NCBI GenBank assembly: GCA_964403335.1
Contig: CAYOFI010000004.1
Coordinates: forward strand, 36,566 to 100,565
Length of the DNA stretch: 64,000 bases
Direction of reading: 5' to 3'
Origin: an uncultured Candidatus Peribacteria bacterium
GTDB lineage: Bacteria > Patescibacteriota > Gracilibacteria > Peribacterales > Peribacteraceae
The stretch's first letter is position 1; every line of letters starts with the position of its first letter. Positions 25,066 through 34,125 of this stretch are shown one piece after another. The translations under genes and the position numbers were made by a program. Below the pieces are notes generated by a model. It had not been told where the DNA came from and searched no databases. It saw only the letters and a program-made list of their open reading frames with translations.

Positions 25066-26529
25066 TCATCGCCGCTTTGCCCTGAACACGCCTCCGCCCG
25101 CCCGCTTATCGAGCAGCAACTGCATATAATCAGCGGTCACATTCTTGAACGGCGCGGCCACGTCTTGTTCGCGGATATCGAATTCCGCCAGCACGCGCAG
25201 TTGTCCGATGGAGCAAATGGAGACTTCGTTGATATGGCCGTGGCCGGCCTCGCGCAGTTGGTGGTCCAGCATGTAGCCGCGGAAGTACGCCAGGTCTTTG
25301 GCCATCGCGAATTTGAGGGGGTTATGCATATCCAAGTGCCCGCGCATGACGCGGTACGACGTTCCCCATGCGGACTCCATCACTTTTTCATACAATGCCG
25401 GGTCTTTGACCTGCGTGTGCGAAAACGGCGTGTGGAAGGGGACGCCCAGTGCGATCCGGAGCCGTTTTTCCATCTGATCCACGAACACATCGTAAAACGA
25501 TCCGCCATTTTCAGCGGTGTGCACGGCAAACACATAGTAATCCAGGTTGCGCATCTCGTACTCGCCGCCGAAGTACGTACTGCGGAATCCCGTCTCGTAG
25601 CGCATGGCCAAGCCTTCGTAGAGGGTTTCTTCGTCAATCTTCAGCGGCCCGCCGCCGAACATGAACAACCGCTCGCCGTTCCACGATTGGCGCGCATGGC
25701 CTTCGATCTCATGGGCGATCAGTCCCAGGAGCCGCTCGCCCGTCTCGCGCGAACTTTCCGGCACGAAGACCGTGGGACCCTGCGCGGATTTATCGCGCAC
25801 ATCGATGGCCGTTGCGCGACGGTCGACCACCACTTGGTAGCCCTCGGTATTCTCCGGCGTGCGCAGTATTCCATACTGCTCCAGCGCCCACTCGAATGCT
25901 TCTTTCACGGAAGCGGCATCGAACATCAGCGTGCGCAGATACTGTTTTTCTTCATCCGAGAGTTTTCCGGGATTGCCTTCCATCGTTTCATTGCGCGCGG
26001 TGCGGTTCATGAAGTCTTTTTGTGCAAAGTCATAAATCAACGGGTCCACGCCGGGATATTTGTACTGCAACGCCTTGGCGATCTTGGATTCGTCTTTTTC
26101 CTGCACACCCAACACCAAATCGCACGTGGCCAAGTCATCTTTCAGCTTGTAGTAAAACATCAGCTTCATCAGTTTGCTGCTGCGGTCGGGCGTGGGGCAG
26201 GAGCGGACGTTTTCCAACATCTCCGTCAGGATCGCCGGGGCGTCGCCGAGGGGGAAATGTTCGGCGTAATCGTAGACGAAGCCGGGTTGATACGGCCGGT
26301 TGTTCCGGAAGGCCGCGAAGAATTTACGTTTCTCGTTCTGCAGGCTTTTGGGTTCCGCGGTATAAATCTCCACCGGATTCCATGACCCCGTGATGCCCGG
26401 CAGGCGCTCGGCAACATTTTTCAGCACCGCGGGCAGGTCGCTCACCTTCGGCACGGGAAGTTTGCGCACGTGCTTGCCCCGCCGCAGGAAGGCGGCAATC
26501 TCGGGGAGCGGTGAGGACGGTTTCTGCAT
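25066..26529 (-). CDS. DUF1704 / 'QEGLA-motif' family putative metallocarboxypeptidase (MATCAP-like), stand-alone
   Basis: AHEIEGH (HExxxH) is followed by ETLYEGLAMRYE. The start is set at the ATG at 26529, because the 679-aa extension is antisense to the next real gene. Confidence 0.7.
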   Translation of the reverse strand: MQKPSSPLPEIAAFLRRGKHVRKLPVPKVSDLPAVLKNVAERLPGITGSWNPVEIYTAEPKSLQNEKRKFFAAFRNNRPYQPGFVYDYAEHFPLGDAPAILTEMLENVRSCPTPDRSSKLMKLMFYYKLKDDLATCDLVLGVQEKDESKIAKALQYKYPGVDPLIYDFAQKDFMNRTARNETMEGNPGKLSDEEKQYLRTLMFDAASVKEAFEWALEQYGILRTPENTEGYQVVVDRRATAIDVRDKSAQGPTVFVPESSRETGERLLGLIAHEIEGHARQSWNGERLFMFGGGPLKIDEETLYEGLAMRYETGFRSTYFGGEYEMRNLDYYVFAVHTAENGGSFYDVFVDQMEKRLRIALGVPFHTPFSHTQVKDPALYEKVMESAWGTSYRVMRGHLDMHNPLKFAMAKDLAYFRGYMLDHQLREAGHGHINEVSICSIGQLRVLAEFDIREQDVAAPFKNVTADYMQLLLDKRAGGGVFRAKRR

Positions 26530-26619
26530 AGGTGAGCGCAAAGGGCCTGGTATATAGTGACGGTCGGGAGGGCGGTTTCTGTCGGAATACGGTTCCGCGA
26601 TCCCGGCAAGAAGAGTACC

Positions 26620-27285
26620 ATGACAGGGATGAAGATTTTCGCGTTGGAAACCAACGACGACAAGCTGGAAAAGAGCTTTTTGTCGCGTGATGAGGAGGTG
26701 ATCCTCCGCGTGAAGTTCAGCGGATTTCTCTTTGTCATGCGCACGTTGCGGACGCTGGTGATTTCCAGCGTATTTGTCGCCGTGGGGATCGGATTGGCCT
26801 ATCTGCAACTGCCGATCCTGTGGATCACCGTCGCCCTGTTGGCGGTGTGGTTTTTTGTGACGTTCCTTCCGTGGATAACCGCGTACATCGATTGGAGATA
26901 TGACACGCTGCTTGTCACCACCGAAGAAGTGGTCTGGGTGGACCAAAGCTCGCTCTTTCATGTCCATATCCGGCAAATGAACATGGACAACATCGCCAGC
27001 GTCTCCGCGGAAACGCAGTATCTGAATTTGTTTCCGTTCGGGAAGCTGCATTTTGATCTGAAAGAAGGGACCGGCAAGACGCTCATCCTCGGCTATATCC
27101 CGCACTCACAGCGTGTCGCATCCATCATCAGCGACGGCATCGTCCGTTTCCAGCGGCGCCGTGCCGCCGCAGCGGCAACGGCCGCAGTGGGCGGGTCACC
27201 GCAGCAAATTCAACAGGCGCAGGAGAACGCGGCTCCGACGCCGGGGGAGAAAGTGGCGACGGATGAGGGGGTGGAGAGGAAGTAG
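26620..27285 (+). CDS. Membrane protein with a bacterial PH (DUF304/YdbT-like) domain
   Basis: Two TM helices (LVISSVFVAVGIGLAYLQLPILWITVALLAVWFFVTFLPWI) are followed by a beta-rich domain. Confidence 0.55.
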   Translation: MTGMKIFALETNDDKLEKSFLSRDEEVILRVKFSGFLFVMRTLRTLVISSVFVAVGIGLAYLQLPILWITVALLAVWFFVTFLPWITAYIDWRYDTLLVTTEEVVWVDQSSLFHVHIRQMNMDNIASVSAETQYLNLFPFGKLHFDLKEGTGKTLILGYIPHSQRVASIISDGIVRFQRRRAAAAATAAVGGSPQQIQQAQENAAPTPGEKVATDEGVERK

Positions 27286-27316
27286 AGCAGTAGCAGCCTC
27301 ACCCCCTACCCCCCCC

Positions 27317-27416
27317 CTCTCCCTGCGGGGAAGAGAGAGAATGTATGTTTTTTGTGTTTCTTCAACACGCAAACAAAACATCCAACACCCTCCTTCTCCC
27401 CGCAGGGAGAAGGAGC
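27317..27416. repeat. GC-rich REP-like inverted repeat pair with a nested AT-rich hairpin (convergent terminator region)
   Basis: ctctccctgcggggaagagag (27317-27337) pairs with cttctccccgcagggagaaggag (27394-27416), sharing a 14-nt core. An inner hairpin atgttttttgtgt / acacgcaaacaaaacat lies between them. Confidence 0.75.
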
Positions 27417-27432
27417 TGGAGGATGAGGCCCC

Positions 27433-28860
27433 TCAGTACGCCTTCGCAAACAACGCCATCGTCACCGCCGGTTTTCCGGACAGCACGTCGTTTTTGCCCT
27501 TCACGGATTCCTCTTTCTCCGGAAGCAGACGGATGGTGGCTTTCGTCTTGTCCTTGATCTTGTTCGCCGTCTCCAATGTTCCATCCCACGGGGCCCAGGC
27601 GAATCCGCCGGCTTCCATGTGCGCGGCCAACTCGTCGAAACTGCCGACGGTCTTGGTCTGCGCGTGCAGGAATTCCTCGGCTTGGCGGTAGAGCGTGTCT
27701 TGGATGTCGGAGAGGAGAGCGAGCATCGATGATTCCGTGCAGTCATCCATCTGCATCGGCTTCTTTTCGCTTGTGTCGCGGCGGGCGAGGATGACCTGTT
27801 TTTTGTCCAAATCCTTCGGTCCCAGCTCGATGCGCACGGGCACGCCTTTCACTTCGCATTCGTTGAATTTAAATCCTGGCGATTTGTTGTCGCGGTCGTC
27901 GATCTTCACGCGGACACTGCCCAAACTCTCTTTCAGATTTTTGCATGCCGCGAGGACGGCATCGCGCTCGGCATCGGTCTTGTAGATCGGAACAATGACG
28001 GCCTGGAAGGGCGCGACGGTCGGCGGCAGTCTCAATCCTTTGGCATCGCCATGCACCACGATCATCGTGCCGATGATGCGGGTGGAGAGACCCCAGCTGG
28101 TGGTCCACGGCGACTTCCGCTGACTGTCGGTGTCCAGATATTGGATGCCGTACGCCGCGGAGAATTCATTGCCGAGCCCATGGGACGTTCCCGCCTGGAT
28201 GGCTTTGCCGTCGCGCGCGAGGGCTTCGGTCGTCAATGTATATAGAGCGCCCGCGAACTTCTCATGCTCAGGCTTTTTGCCGCGTAGAACGGGAAGCGCC
28301 AAGAACTCACGATCGAAATCGACATACATTTTGAGCGCCGCTTCCACCATCGCATCCGCATCTTCTTTCGTTGCATGCGCCGTGTGGCCTTCCTGCCAGA
28401 GGAATTCCAGAGTCCGGAGGAAGGGCCGTGTGCGCATTTCCCAGCGCACCACGTTGCACCACTGGTTCACTTTCAGCGGCAAGTCGCGGTGGCTTTGGAT
28501 CCATTTGGCGAAGGTCGTGTAGATGATCGTCTCCGAGGTGGGGCGGATGTAGAGTTTCTCGCTCAACTCTTTCCCGCCGCCATGCGTGACCACAGCACAC
28601 TCCGGCGCAAAGCCTTCGATGTGTTCTTTCTCCTTGGCGATGACGGATTCCGGAATGAAGAGGGGGAAGTAGCAGTTCTGCACGTCCAACTCTTTGATCC
28701 TGCGGTCCAAATCGCGCTGAATGTTTTCCCATAAGGCATAGCCGTAGGGCTTGAAGATGATGCAGCCTTTGACGTCCGCGTGCTCGGCCAGGTCCGCCGC
28801 GGCGATGGTATCCAGGTACCACTGAGGGAAGTCTTTTGCAGGGTCGGCGAGGTGGGGCAT
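27433..28860 (-). CDS. proS: Prolyl-tRNA synthetase, archaeal/eukaryote-like type
   Basis: The 475-aa protein has no insertion domain. It reads FPQWYLDTI...GCIIFKPYGYALWENIQ, has class II motifs, and ends in a C-terminal Tyr (...FAKAY). Confidence 0.92.
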   Translation of the reverse strand: MPHLADPAKDFPQWYLDTIAAADLAEHADVKGCIIFKPYGYALWENIQRDLDRRIKELDVQNCYFPLFIPESVIAKEKEHIEGFAPECAVVTHGGGKELSEKLYIRPTSETIIYTTFAKWIQSHRDLPLKVNQWCNVVRWEMRTRPFLRTLEFLWQEGHTAHATKEDADAMVEAALKMYVDFDREFLALPVLRGKKPEHEKFAGALYTLTTEALARDGKAIQAGTSHGLGNEFSAAYGIQYLDTDSQRKSPWTTSWGLSTRIIGTMIVVHGDAKGLRLPPTVAPFQAVIVPIYKTDAERDAVLAACKNLKESLGSVRVKIDDRDNKSPGFKFNECEVKGVPVRIELGPKDLDKKQVILARRDTSEKKPMQMDDCTESSMLALLSDIQDTLYRQAEEFLHAQTKTVGSFDELAAHMEAGGFAWAPWDGTLETANKIKDKTKATIRLLPEKEESVKGKNDVLSGKPAVTMALFAKAY

Positions 28861-28941
28861 GGACGGAGTCTACGTGACCGCGGGAACGGCAGGAAGGGCC
28901 GGGAACGCAGAAACGGCTATCTGCAAGGTTTGTGCGGTATA

Positions 28942-28970
28942 TTGTTATATTTATAAAAATATGGTATAAT
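28942..28970 (+). promoter_or_regulatory. Sigma70-like promoter in an AT-rich patch: TTGTTA - 17 nt - (TG)gTATAAT
   Basis: The -35-like ttgtta is at 28942-28947 and tggtataat at 28962-28970, 25 nt upstream of the ATG at 28996. A palindrome tggtat-N10-atacca overlaps the -10 hexamer. Confidence 0.55.
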
Positions 28971-28995
28971 ATTAAAAATACCAAAACTCCACTAT

Positions 28996-30393
28996 ATGCG
29001 TCCAATACCCGTGGAATCAGGCCTTGAGCGGCCTGACCAAATGCGTCCGGAGCAGAAAGTGCAGCAGCGTTTGCAGGCGGCGCAGAATTTGACGCGTACG
29101 TATGAGGGCAGAACGGGACGGTCGCCCGGCATGCTCTCGCAGTGGATCGGGCGGTTATGGCAGAGCATGAGTACGGCATTCTTCCGTCCGTCGCCGGCCC
29201 CGCGGCATTTCGCCGTGCAAGCCCCGGTCACCCCGCAGCCGTATAACAAGTTGCAGCCCGTTCCCCAGTTTGATGTTCCCTCGAAGAGTTTCCAGCAGCC
29301 TGCGGCTCCGTCTCCCTCTCCGGCGACGCCCTCCAAACTTGATGTCCGCGTGCAACCCGTGCAACCGCCCGTTACCGTCGTCTTTCCCAAAACTCAGCCG
29401 GAAACGACTGAGACTCTTCCGTCGCTGAAAGACTGTATCGACCGCATGTTCGCGGCATTGAGGGCGTACACCGGCGATGCGCCGAATGCGGATCCGACGG
29501 TCCGTGCCGCTCTGGATGCCTACGCCGCCGCATTTTTGCGGTCGCCTTACTACACCAAGATGCGCGAGGCGGATGCTCTGAATGGCGGGGCGAACAAGGA
29601 AATGCTTTCGCTTGCGCAGAGCGGGGATTTGGAAGGTTTACGCAAGGTCAACACCGCATATTCGCAGCGGCTGGGGGAGCGCGGTGGCGCTGCCAACCAG
29701 CCGGGTGTGGTGCTGAATGATGAGCAGCTTCTGCAGCTGCGCGACGGTTTGCTGCGCGATGCGGCGAAGACGCGGGCGACCGAACCGCCGTTGGCGCGTT
29801 TTACCAAGCTGTTGGATATTGCCGGAAACGCCCCAGGCTACCAATTAACGGTCACGGGGGAGGGGACGATCACGGTAGGCAAAAAAGGCCAAGCCGCTCC
29901 CGAGTCGCGCGACAACGAGCCGAAGGATCTGGCCGACAGCATCGTGCGGTTGGTTGCGGCGCTCAACGCGTATAAGGGGTCCGCTCCGGATGCCGACCCG
30001 GCCATCCGTTCGGCGGTGCGCACCTACGTCGAATTTTTCAAGCGCTCCCCCGAATACGCGGACATGATGTTTTACGATAAAACCGACGAGGATTGGTTCA
30101 ATGAAATAAAGCCTCTTGCGCTGGTCAACAACCGCAGCGGCATACGCGCGGTGAACGAAAAGTACTCAAAAATTTTGAAAGATCGGGGGGTTCCTGCGAA
30201 TCTGGACAACCGCTATATGCGTTTCCAGCTCCCCGAAAACCCCTCTGAGGTCATGGGATATTTGCTGACGGCTAAGCCCAAGCGTCGCACGCCTCTGCAG
30301 GAATACACCGCGAAGCTCAACATCGGGCAATTCGCTCCCGGCTACCGGCTGACGGTCGCGGCCAACGACGCGATCAGCGCGACCAGACAGTAA
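28996..30393 (+). CDS. Hypothetical protein with a Pro-rich N-terminus and two tandem ~155-aa repeats
   Basis: aa 141-298 and 308-465 align: L.D.I.R..AAL.AY.G.AP.ADP..R.A...Y...F.RSP.Y ... VN..YS..L..RG..AN ... APGY.LTV. Confidence 0.7.
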   Translation: MRPIPVESGLERPDQMRPEQKVQQRLQAAQNLTRTYEGRTGRSPGMLSQWIGRLWQSMSTAFFRPSPAPRHFAVQAPVTPQPYNKLQPVPQFDVPSKSFQQPAAPSPSPATPSKLDVRVQPVQPPVTVVFPKTQPETTETLPSLKDCIDRMFAALRAYTGDAPNADPTVRAALDAYAAAFLRSPYYTKMREADALNGGANKEMLSLAQSGDLEGLRKVNTAYSQRLGERGGAANQPGVVLNDEQLLQLRDGLLRDAAKTRATEPPLARFTKLLDIAGNAPGYQLTVTGEGTITVGKKGQAAPESRDNEPKDLADSIVRLVAALNAYKGSAPDADPAIRSAVRTYVEFFKRSPEYADMMFYDKTDEDWFNEIKPLALVNNRSGIRAVNEKYSKILKDRGVPANLDNRYMRFQLPENPSEVMGYLLTAKPKRRTPLQEYTAKLNIGQFAPGYRLTVAANDAISATRQ

Positions 30394-30411
30394 TCTGCTA
30401 TACTGGTCTCC

Positions 30412-31152
30412 GTGGCCCGCGATCTCAAAAAAGCATTGGAAGAGCACAAGAAGGCCGAAGTGCACGGCAGCCGTTTAGGGCCTGTCATTCACGATATCGT
30501 CTATGGAGCGCATGACGGCATCGTCACAACGTTCGCGGTGGTGGCGGGAACCGCAGGGGCGGATTTGACGGCCGGCATCGTCATCATCCTCGGCATCGCC
30601 AACCTGCTGGCCGACGGCGTGTCCATGGGCGCGGGGGCGTTCCTCTCCGCCAAATCCGAGCGCGACCAATATCAGCGCCTGCTGAAAGAAGAGCTGCAGG
30701 AAATTGAAGATGATCCGGAACTGGAGCGCGAAGAGGTCCGTGAGTTTTACGAAAAGCGGGGATTCACGGGGAAGGACCTGGACCGCGTCGTGCAAGTGCT
30801 GACGTCCGACAAACGCGTCTGGGCGCACACGATGATGCGGGAAGAGCACGGTATGAGCGAGGACGGCGGCGGGCAGGGATGGAGGCCCGGCATCGCCACG
30901 TTCATCGGATTCGTCATCTTCGGAGCGGTGCCACTCCTGCCGTATTTCTTCGATGTTCCGCCGGAATATCGCTTCACAGCCGCCATCGTCGGGACGTTTT
31001 TGGCCTTGGTGCTGGTCGGGGTGACGCGCAGCATCGTCACGCGCGAACGCATCTACCGCGGCGCAATCGAAATCGTGATCATCGGCGCAGTCACGGCATC
31101 AATCGCCTACGGGGTGGGAGTGGCGCTCAAAGGCCTGGCGGGCGCCGTTTAA
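30412..31152 (+). CDS. VIT1/CCC1 family iron/manganese transporter
   Basis: [21 protein letters not shown]...[19 protein letters not shown], a central acidic loop and C-terminal TM helices. Confidence 0.85.
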   Translation: MARDLKKALEEHKKAEVHGSRLGPVIHDIVYGAHDGIVTTFAVVAGTAGADLTAGIVIILGIANLLADGVSMGAGAFLSAKSERDQYQRLLKEELQEIEDDPELEREEVREFYEKRGFTGKDLDRVVQVLTSDKRVWAHTMMREEHGMSEDGGGQGWRPGIATFIGFVIFGAVPLLPYFFDVPPEYRFTAAIVGTFLALVLVGVTRSIVTRERIYRGAIEIVIIGAVTASIAYGVGVALKGLAGAV

Positions 31153-31571
31153 ATCGCGGTCATGCTCAGCCAGATGCCGATGAGCGTGATGGCGGATCCA
31201 AACAGGATGCCGCCGATGACTTCCACGAACGTGTGCCCCAAGCGTTCCGGGAACTTGGACCACTTTTGCAGTTTGTTCAAGATCTTCGCCTGCTCGCCGA
31301 TCGCGCGGCGCGAGTTCATGGCGTCGTACCAGGTGATGCTGGCGAAACAGAAGGCGATCGCGAACGCGATGCTTTCCAGCCCCGTCTTCCACCACACGAT
31401 AATCAGCAACGACATCACGAATGCCGAGTGCGTGGAGGGCATGCCGCCCGGCCGGAAAAACCCGCCCTTGAACGTTCCTTTCTCGTATCGTTCCGAAAGA
31501 ATCTTTGTCGTCTCACACAAAAACATGACGACGAGCGGGATCAAAAATGGATACTGGCGGAGGAGGGACAT
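31149..31571 (-). CDS. Divergent PAP2 (DUF212, acid phosphatase/vanadium haloperoxidase-related) membrane protein
   Basis: [15 protein letters not shown] ... [17 protein letters not shown] ... [14 protein letters not shown]. Confidence 0.75.
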   Translation of the reverse strand: MSLLRQYPFLIPLVVMFLCETTKILSERYEKGTFKGGFFRPGGMPSTHSAFVMSLLIIVWWKTGLESIAFAIAFCFASITWYDAMNSRRAIGEQAKILNKLQKWSKFPERLGHTFVEVIGGILFGSAITLIGIWLSMTAI

Positions 31572-31597
31572 GGGAAACGAAGGGAACTGTACCGTGC

Positions 31598-32656
31598 TCA
31601 GGGGACGAGCTCAAATTTCGCGCTCTTGCTGCCCAGTTTGATCTCCGCGTCGCCGTTCTTCATTTTCCGGATGATGTCATTGAGCTCCGCAATGGTCCAG
31701 ACTTTTTCCTCCTCTCGCGTTCTTTTCGTAGGTGCAGCACTGGTATTAAGCACTCCCCAGTCTCCTCTTGGATATTCGTTGTATTCCACTCTTCCACCGA
31801 TCTGCAGTCCGTTGGCTGCCCAGACGGATTTGGTTATTTCCGGCGTGAGTTCCGTATCGTTTGTCCTCAAGAAAGCTTGTTCATGAAAAGCCAATTCCCG
31901 CTTGAAAGAATATTTCTTTCCGCCGACGGTGATCAGCTTTCCTTCGATTTTCACAGGAACTTCAACGCCGTCAATTTTGATGCTTTTGTTCTGACCGAGA
32001 ATGTCTTCACCCACGGCAATGGACGGAGTTTCGAATGCCCCGGGCGCGGGAGGCGCCGCCGACACGTTGTTTCCCGTGACATAGTTGTAGAGCGAATATC
32101 CTCCGTAGGCCATACCCCCGTACCAGAGTACGTTCTTGGCAAAACTCCATATGCCGCCGCCGACGGTGCCGGCGACGCTCTTGGTTCCGCCCCACAGCCA
32201 CCCCAATGCCTTGTATGCCAATAACGCTGCGCCGACGCCGGCGAGTGCTATCGTCTGGCCGGGATTATCGCGCGCGTAGCCTTGCAGCCAGCTCACCTGC
32301 TTGTGGGCCCAGTTGGGGAGCGCGTCCACCCACTCGTTGCCCGTGGTGGAAACGGGTTGCAGCACCCCGAAACGGCTCATGGTGTTGGAGGCGCGCTGCA
32401 GTTCGTCGATGGCCTGTTGCTGCTCCAGCGTCTTTGTGGGCAACGCGTTCAAGAGTTCGAGTTTTGTCGTGATGAGCGTGTGCAATTTCGCCGTCTCCGC
32501 GTTGTGCTGCGCTTTCAGCAATTCCATGTTCGTGGGGTCGCAGATATCCCGCAATTTTTGCAATTCCAGGTGCGTGGGATTGCCTGCATTCAAGGCGTCC
32601 TTCACTTCAGTCACCTGAGTTTTGAGAGTTTCGATGGGGGAAGCGGCGGGGGTCAT
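31598..32656 (-). CDS. Orphan protein 4 of a four-gene operon (coiled N-terminus, Gly-rich bilobed hydrophobic centre, beta-rich C-terminus)
   Basis: The start ATG at 32656 lies 2 nt after the upstream stop. It has an N-terminal TLKTQVTEV motif and the central segment TIALAGVGAALLAYKALGWLWGG...VAGTVGGGIWSFAKNVLWYGGMAYGGY. Confidence 0.7.
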   Translation of the reverse strand: MTPAASPIETLKTQVTEVKDALNAGNPTHLELQKLRDICDPTNMELLKAQHNAETAKLHTLITTKLELLNALPTKTLEQQQAIDELQRASNTMSRFGVLQPVSTTGNEWVDALPNWAHKQVSWLQGYARDNPGQTIALAGVGAALLAYKALGWLWGGTKSVAGTVGGGIWSFAKNVLWYGGMAYGGYSLYNYVTGNNVSAAPPAPGAFETPSIAVGEDILGQNKSIKIDGVEVPVKIEGKLITVGGKKYSFKRELAFHEQAFLRTNDTELTPEITKSVWAANGLQIGGRVEYNEYPRGDWGVLNTSAAPTKRTREEEKVWTIAELNDIIRKMKNGDAEIKLGSKSAKFELVP

Positions 32657-32658
32657 GG

Positions 32659-34119
32659 TCAGGCGGTGGGAGTGACGTAGGTCCACGTGTTGCCGACATA
32701 TTCAAAACGCGAGTCGATCGGCCGTGCGGCGTTGTCCAATTCGGTCACGGGCAGCAGTCCGAGCGCGGCGGGAGTGCGCAATTGCGCTTCGGAGTTCCAG
32801 GTGAGCGTCAGTCCCGCGGTGGCGGCCTGCCGGCGGATGGCCGGGATGGTGCCGCCCATGGCGGGGTCGTAGCGCATCACCAGGAGATTCGTCTTCTTCA
32901 TGGCTTTGGCCATCTCTCCCAGCTGTTGCTGGACGGGGGACGGGGTGGAGAGCGGGACTTTTATCGTCACGTTGTCGCCTTGTTTTTCTAAAGTGACCGG
33001 CGCATCGGTCCCCAGGATTTCGATGCCGTGAATCGCTTCCGATGCGGACAGCAGTTCTTTGAGCTTCGTCGCCTCGGGGCCTTTCAATGTTCCTGCGGCC
33101 AGATCTATCAGCTCGCGTCCCAGCGTGACGGCGAACTTTCCGCTACCGCTACGCAGAGCGGAAGCCTTGCGGCCGTCGGTGAGAGTCAGGTCCACGTTGC
33201 CGCCCAACGCGTCGATGATTTTTTGAGAATCTTTCTTCTCGGCTTCGACTTTTGCTTTTGCTTGGATGTCATTGGCGCCGAGGATCGCGGAGAACGTCAG
33301 GGACTTATTCGGTGCATCGCCAAGCGAGGAGACCGCAAGATTGCAGAGTTCCTGCAGCTTGTTCGGCCAGCTCTCCGGCGGTGTGCATTTGGCGATGAAG
33401 CCGTTCACTTGCAGCGCCGTGATTTTCTCCGCATTCGCGAGCGTCCAGCCCGTGGGCAAGGAATTGCGGATGGTCTGAATGGCATTATTGCGGTTTGCGC
33501 CATCGATGAAGAATTTGCCCATGGGGTTGTCCTTCGGGACCATCATGGTGCCCACGGTGAAGAACATGCCCGTCATACTCTCCCAAATTTTGGAGCCCGC
33601 ACCTTGGGTATCGGATGCGGTGCTGGCCGCGAACGATTCAAAAATCCACCCGATGCCCGGGATGCCGGACATCTTTTGCAGCAGATCGGAGACGAAAGTT
33701 CCCAGCTTACCTGCCGCCTTGTTGATGGTGGCGGAGGCTGGCGTGGATGACGGTGCTGCAGGCGCATTCGCCGCAAGCAGTTTGTCCAACTGCGCCATGC
33801 GCGCGGTGATGGTACCGTCCACGTTTTTTGCGAGCTTCTGCATGTTTTCCTTGATGCCCACATCCACGATTTTTTCGATGTTTGCCAAATGCTCGCGCTG
33901 CTTGGTTTGCACGCTCTCGATGAGCGCCGTTTTCAGGTTTTCCACTGTGCGCAGGTTCTTGACCGCATCCGGAGAATCCAGCACGCGCGCCATCAACGGC
34001 CCCAATTCCTCTGCCGTGCTCTTCAGCACTTGTTCGCGCAGCTGCACCGCATCCGGCGACTTGCCCTTCAGAATGTTGAAGGCGTTTTCTGCCGGTGTGG
34101 GAGGTGTGTTTGTGGCCAT
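32659..34119 (-). CDS. Orphan protein 3 of a four-gene operon (486 aa)
   Basis: The ORF is long and uninterrupted, whereas the opposite-strand ORFs are fragmented and Arg/His-rich. It has a helical N-terminal third and the hydrophobic segments GIPGIGWIFESFAAS / MTGMFFTVGTMMV. Confidence 0.7.
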   Translation of the reverse strand: MATNTPPTPAENAFNILKGKSPDAVQLREQVLKSTAEELGPLMARVLDSPDAVKNLRTVENLKTALIESVQTKQREHLANIEKIVDVGIKENMQKLAKNVDGTITARMAQLDKLLAANAPAAPSSTPASATINKAAGKLGTFVSDLLQKMSGIPGIGWIFESFAASTASDTQGAGSKIWESMTGMFFTVGTMMVPKDNPMGKFFIDGANRNNAIQTIRNSLPTGWTLANAEKITALQVNGFIAKCTPPESWPNKLQELCNLAVSSLGDAPNKSLTFSAILGANDIQAKAKVEAEKKDSQKIIDALGGNVDLTLTDGRKASALRSGSGKFAVTLGRELIDLAAGTLKGPEATKLKELLSASEAIHGIEILGTDAPVTLEKQGDNVTIKVPLSTPSPVQQQLGEMAKAMKKTNLLVMRYDPAMGGTIPAIRRQAATAGLTLTWNSEAQLRTPAALGLLPVTELDNAARPIDSRFEYVGNTWTYVTPTA

Positions 34120-34125
34120 GGGCGT

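Noticed and set aside
26530-27105. N-terminal 192 aa of the tracked 679-aa ORF (25066-27105)
   Set aside because: This part is antisense to the PH-domain membrane gene (26620-27285) and looks non-protein-like. An internal ATG at 26529 gives a sensible DUF1704-sized protein.
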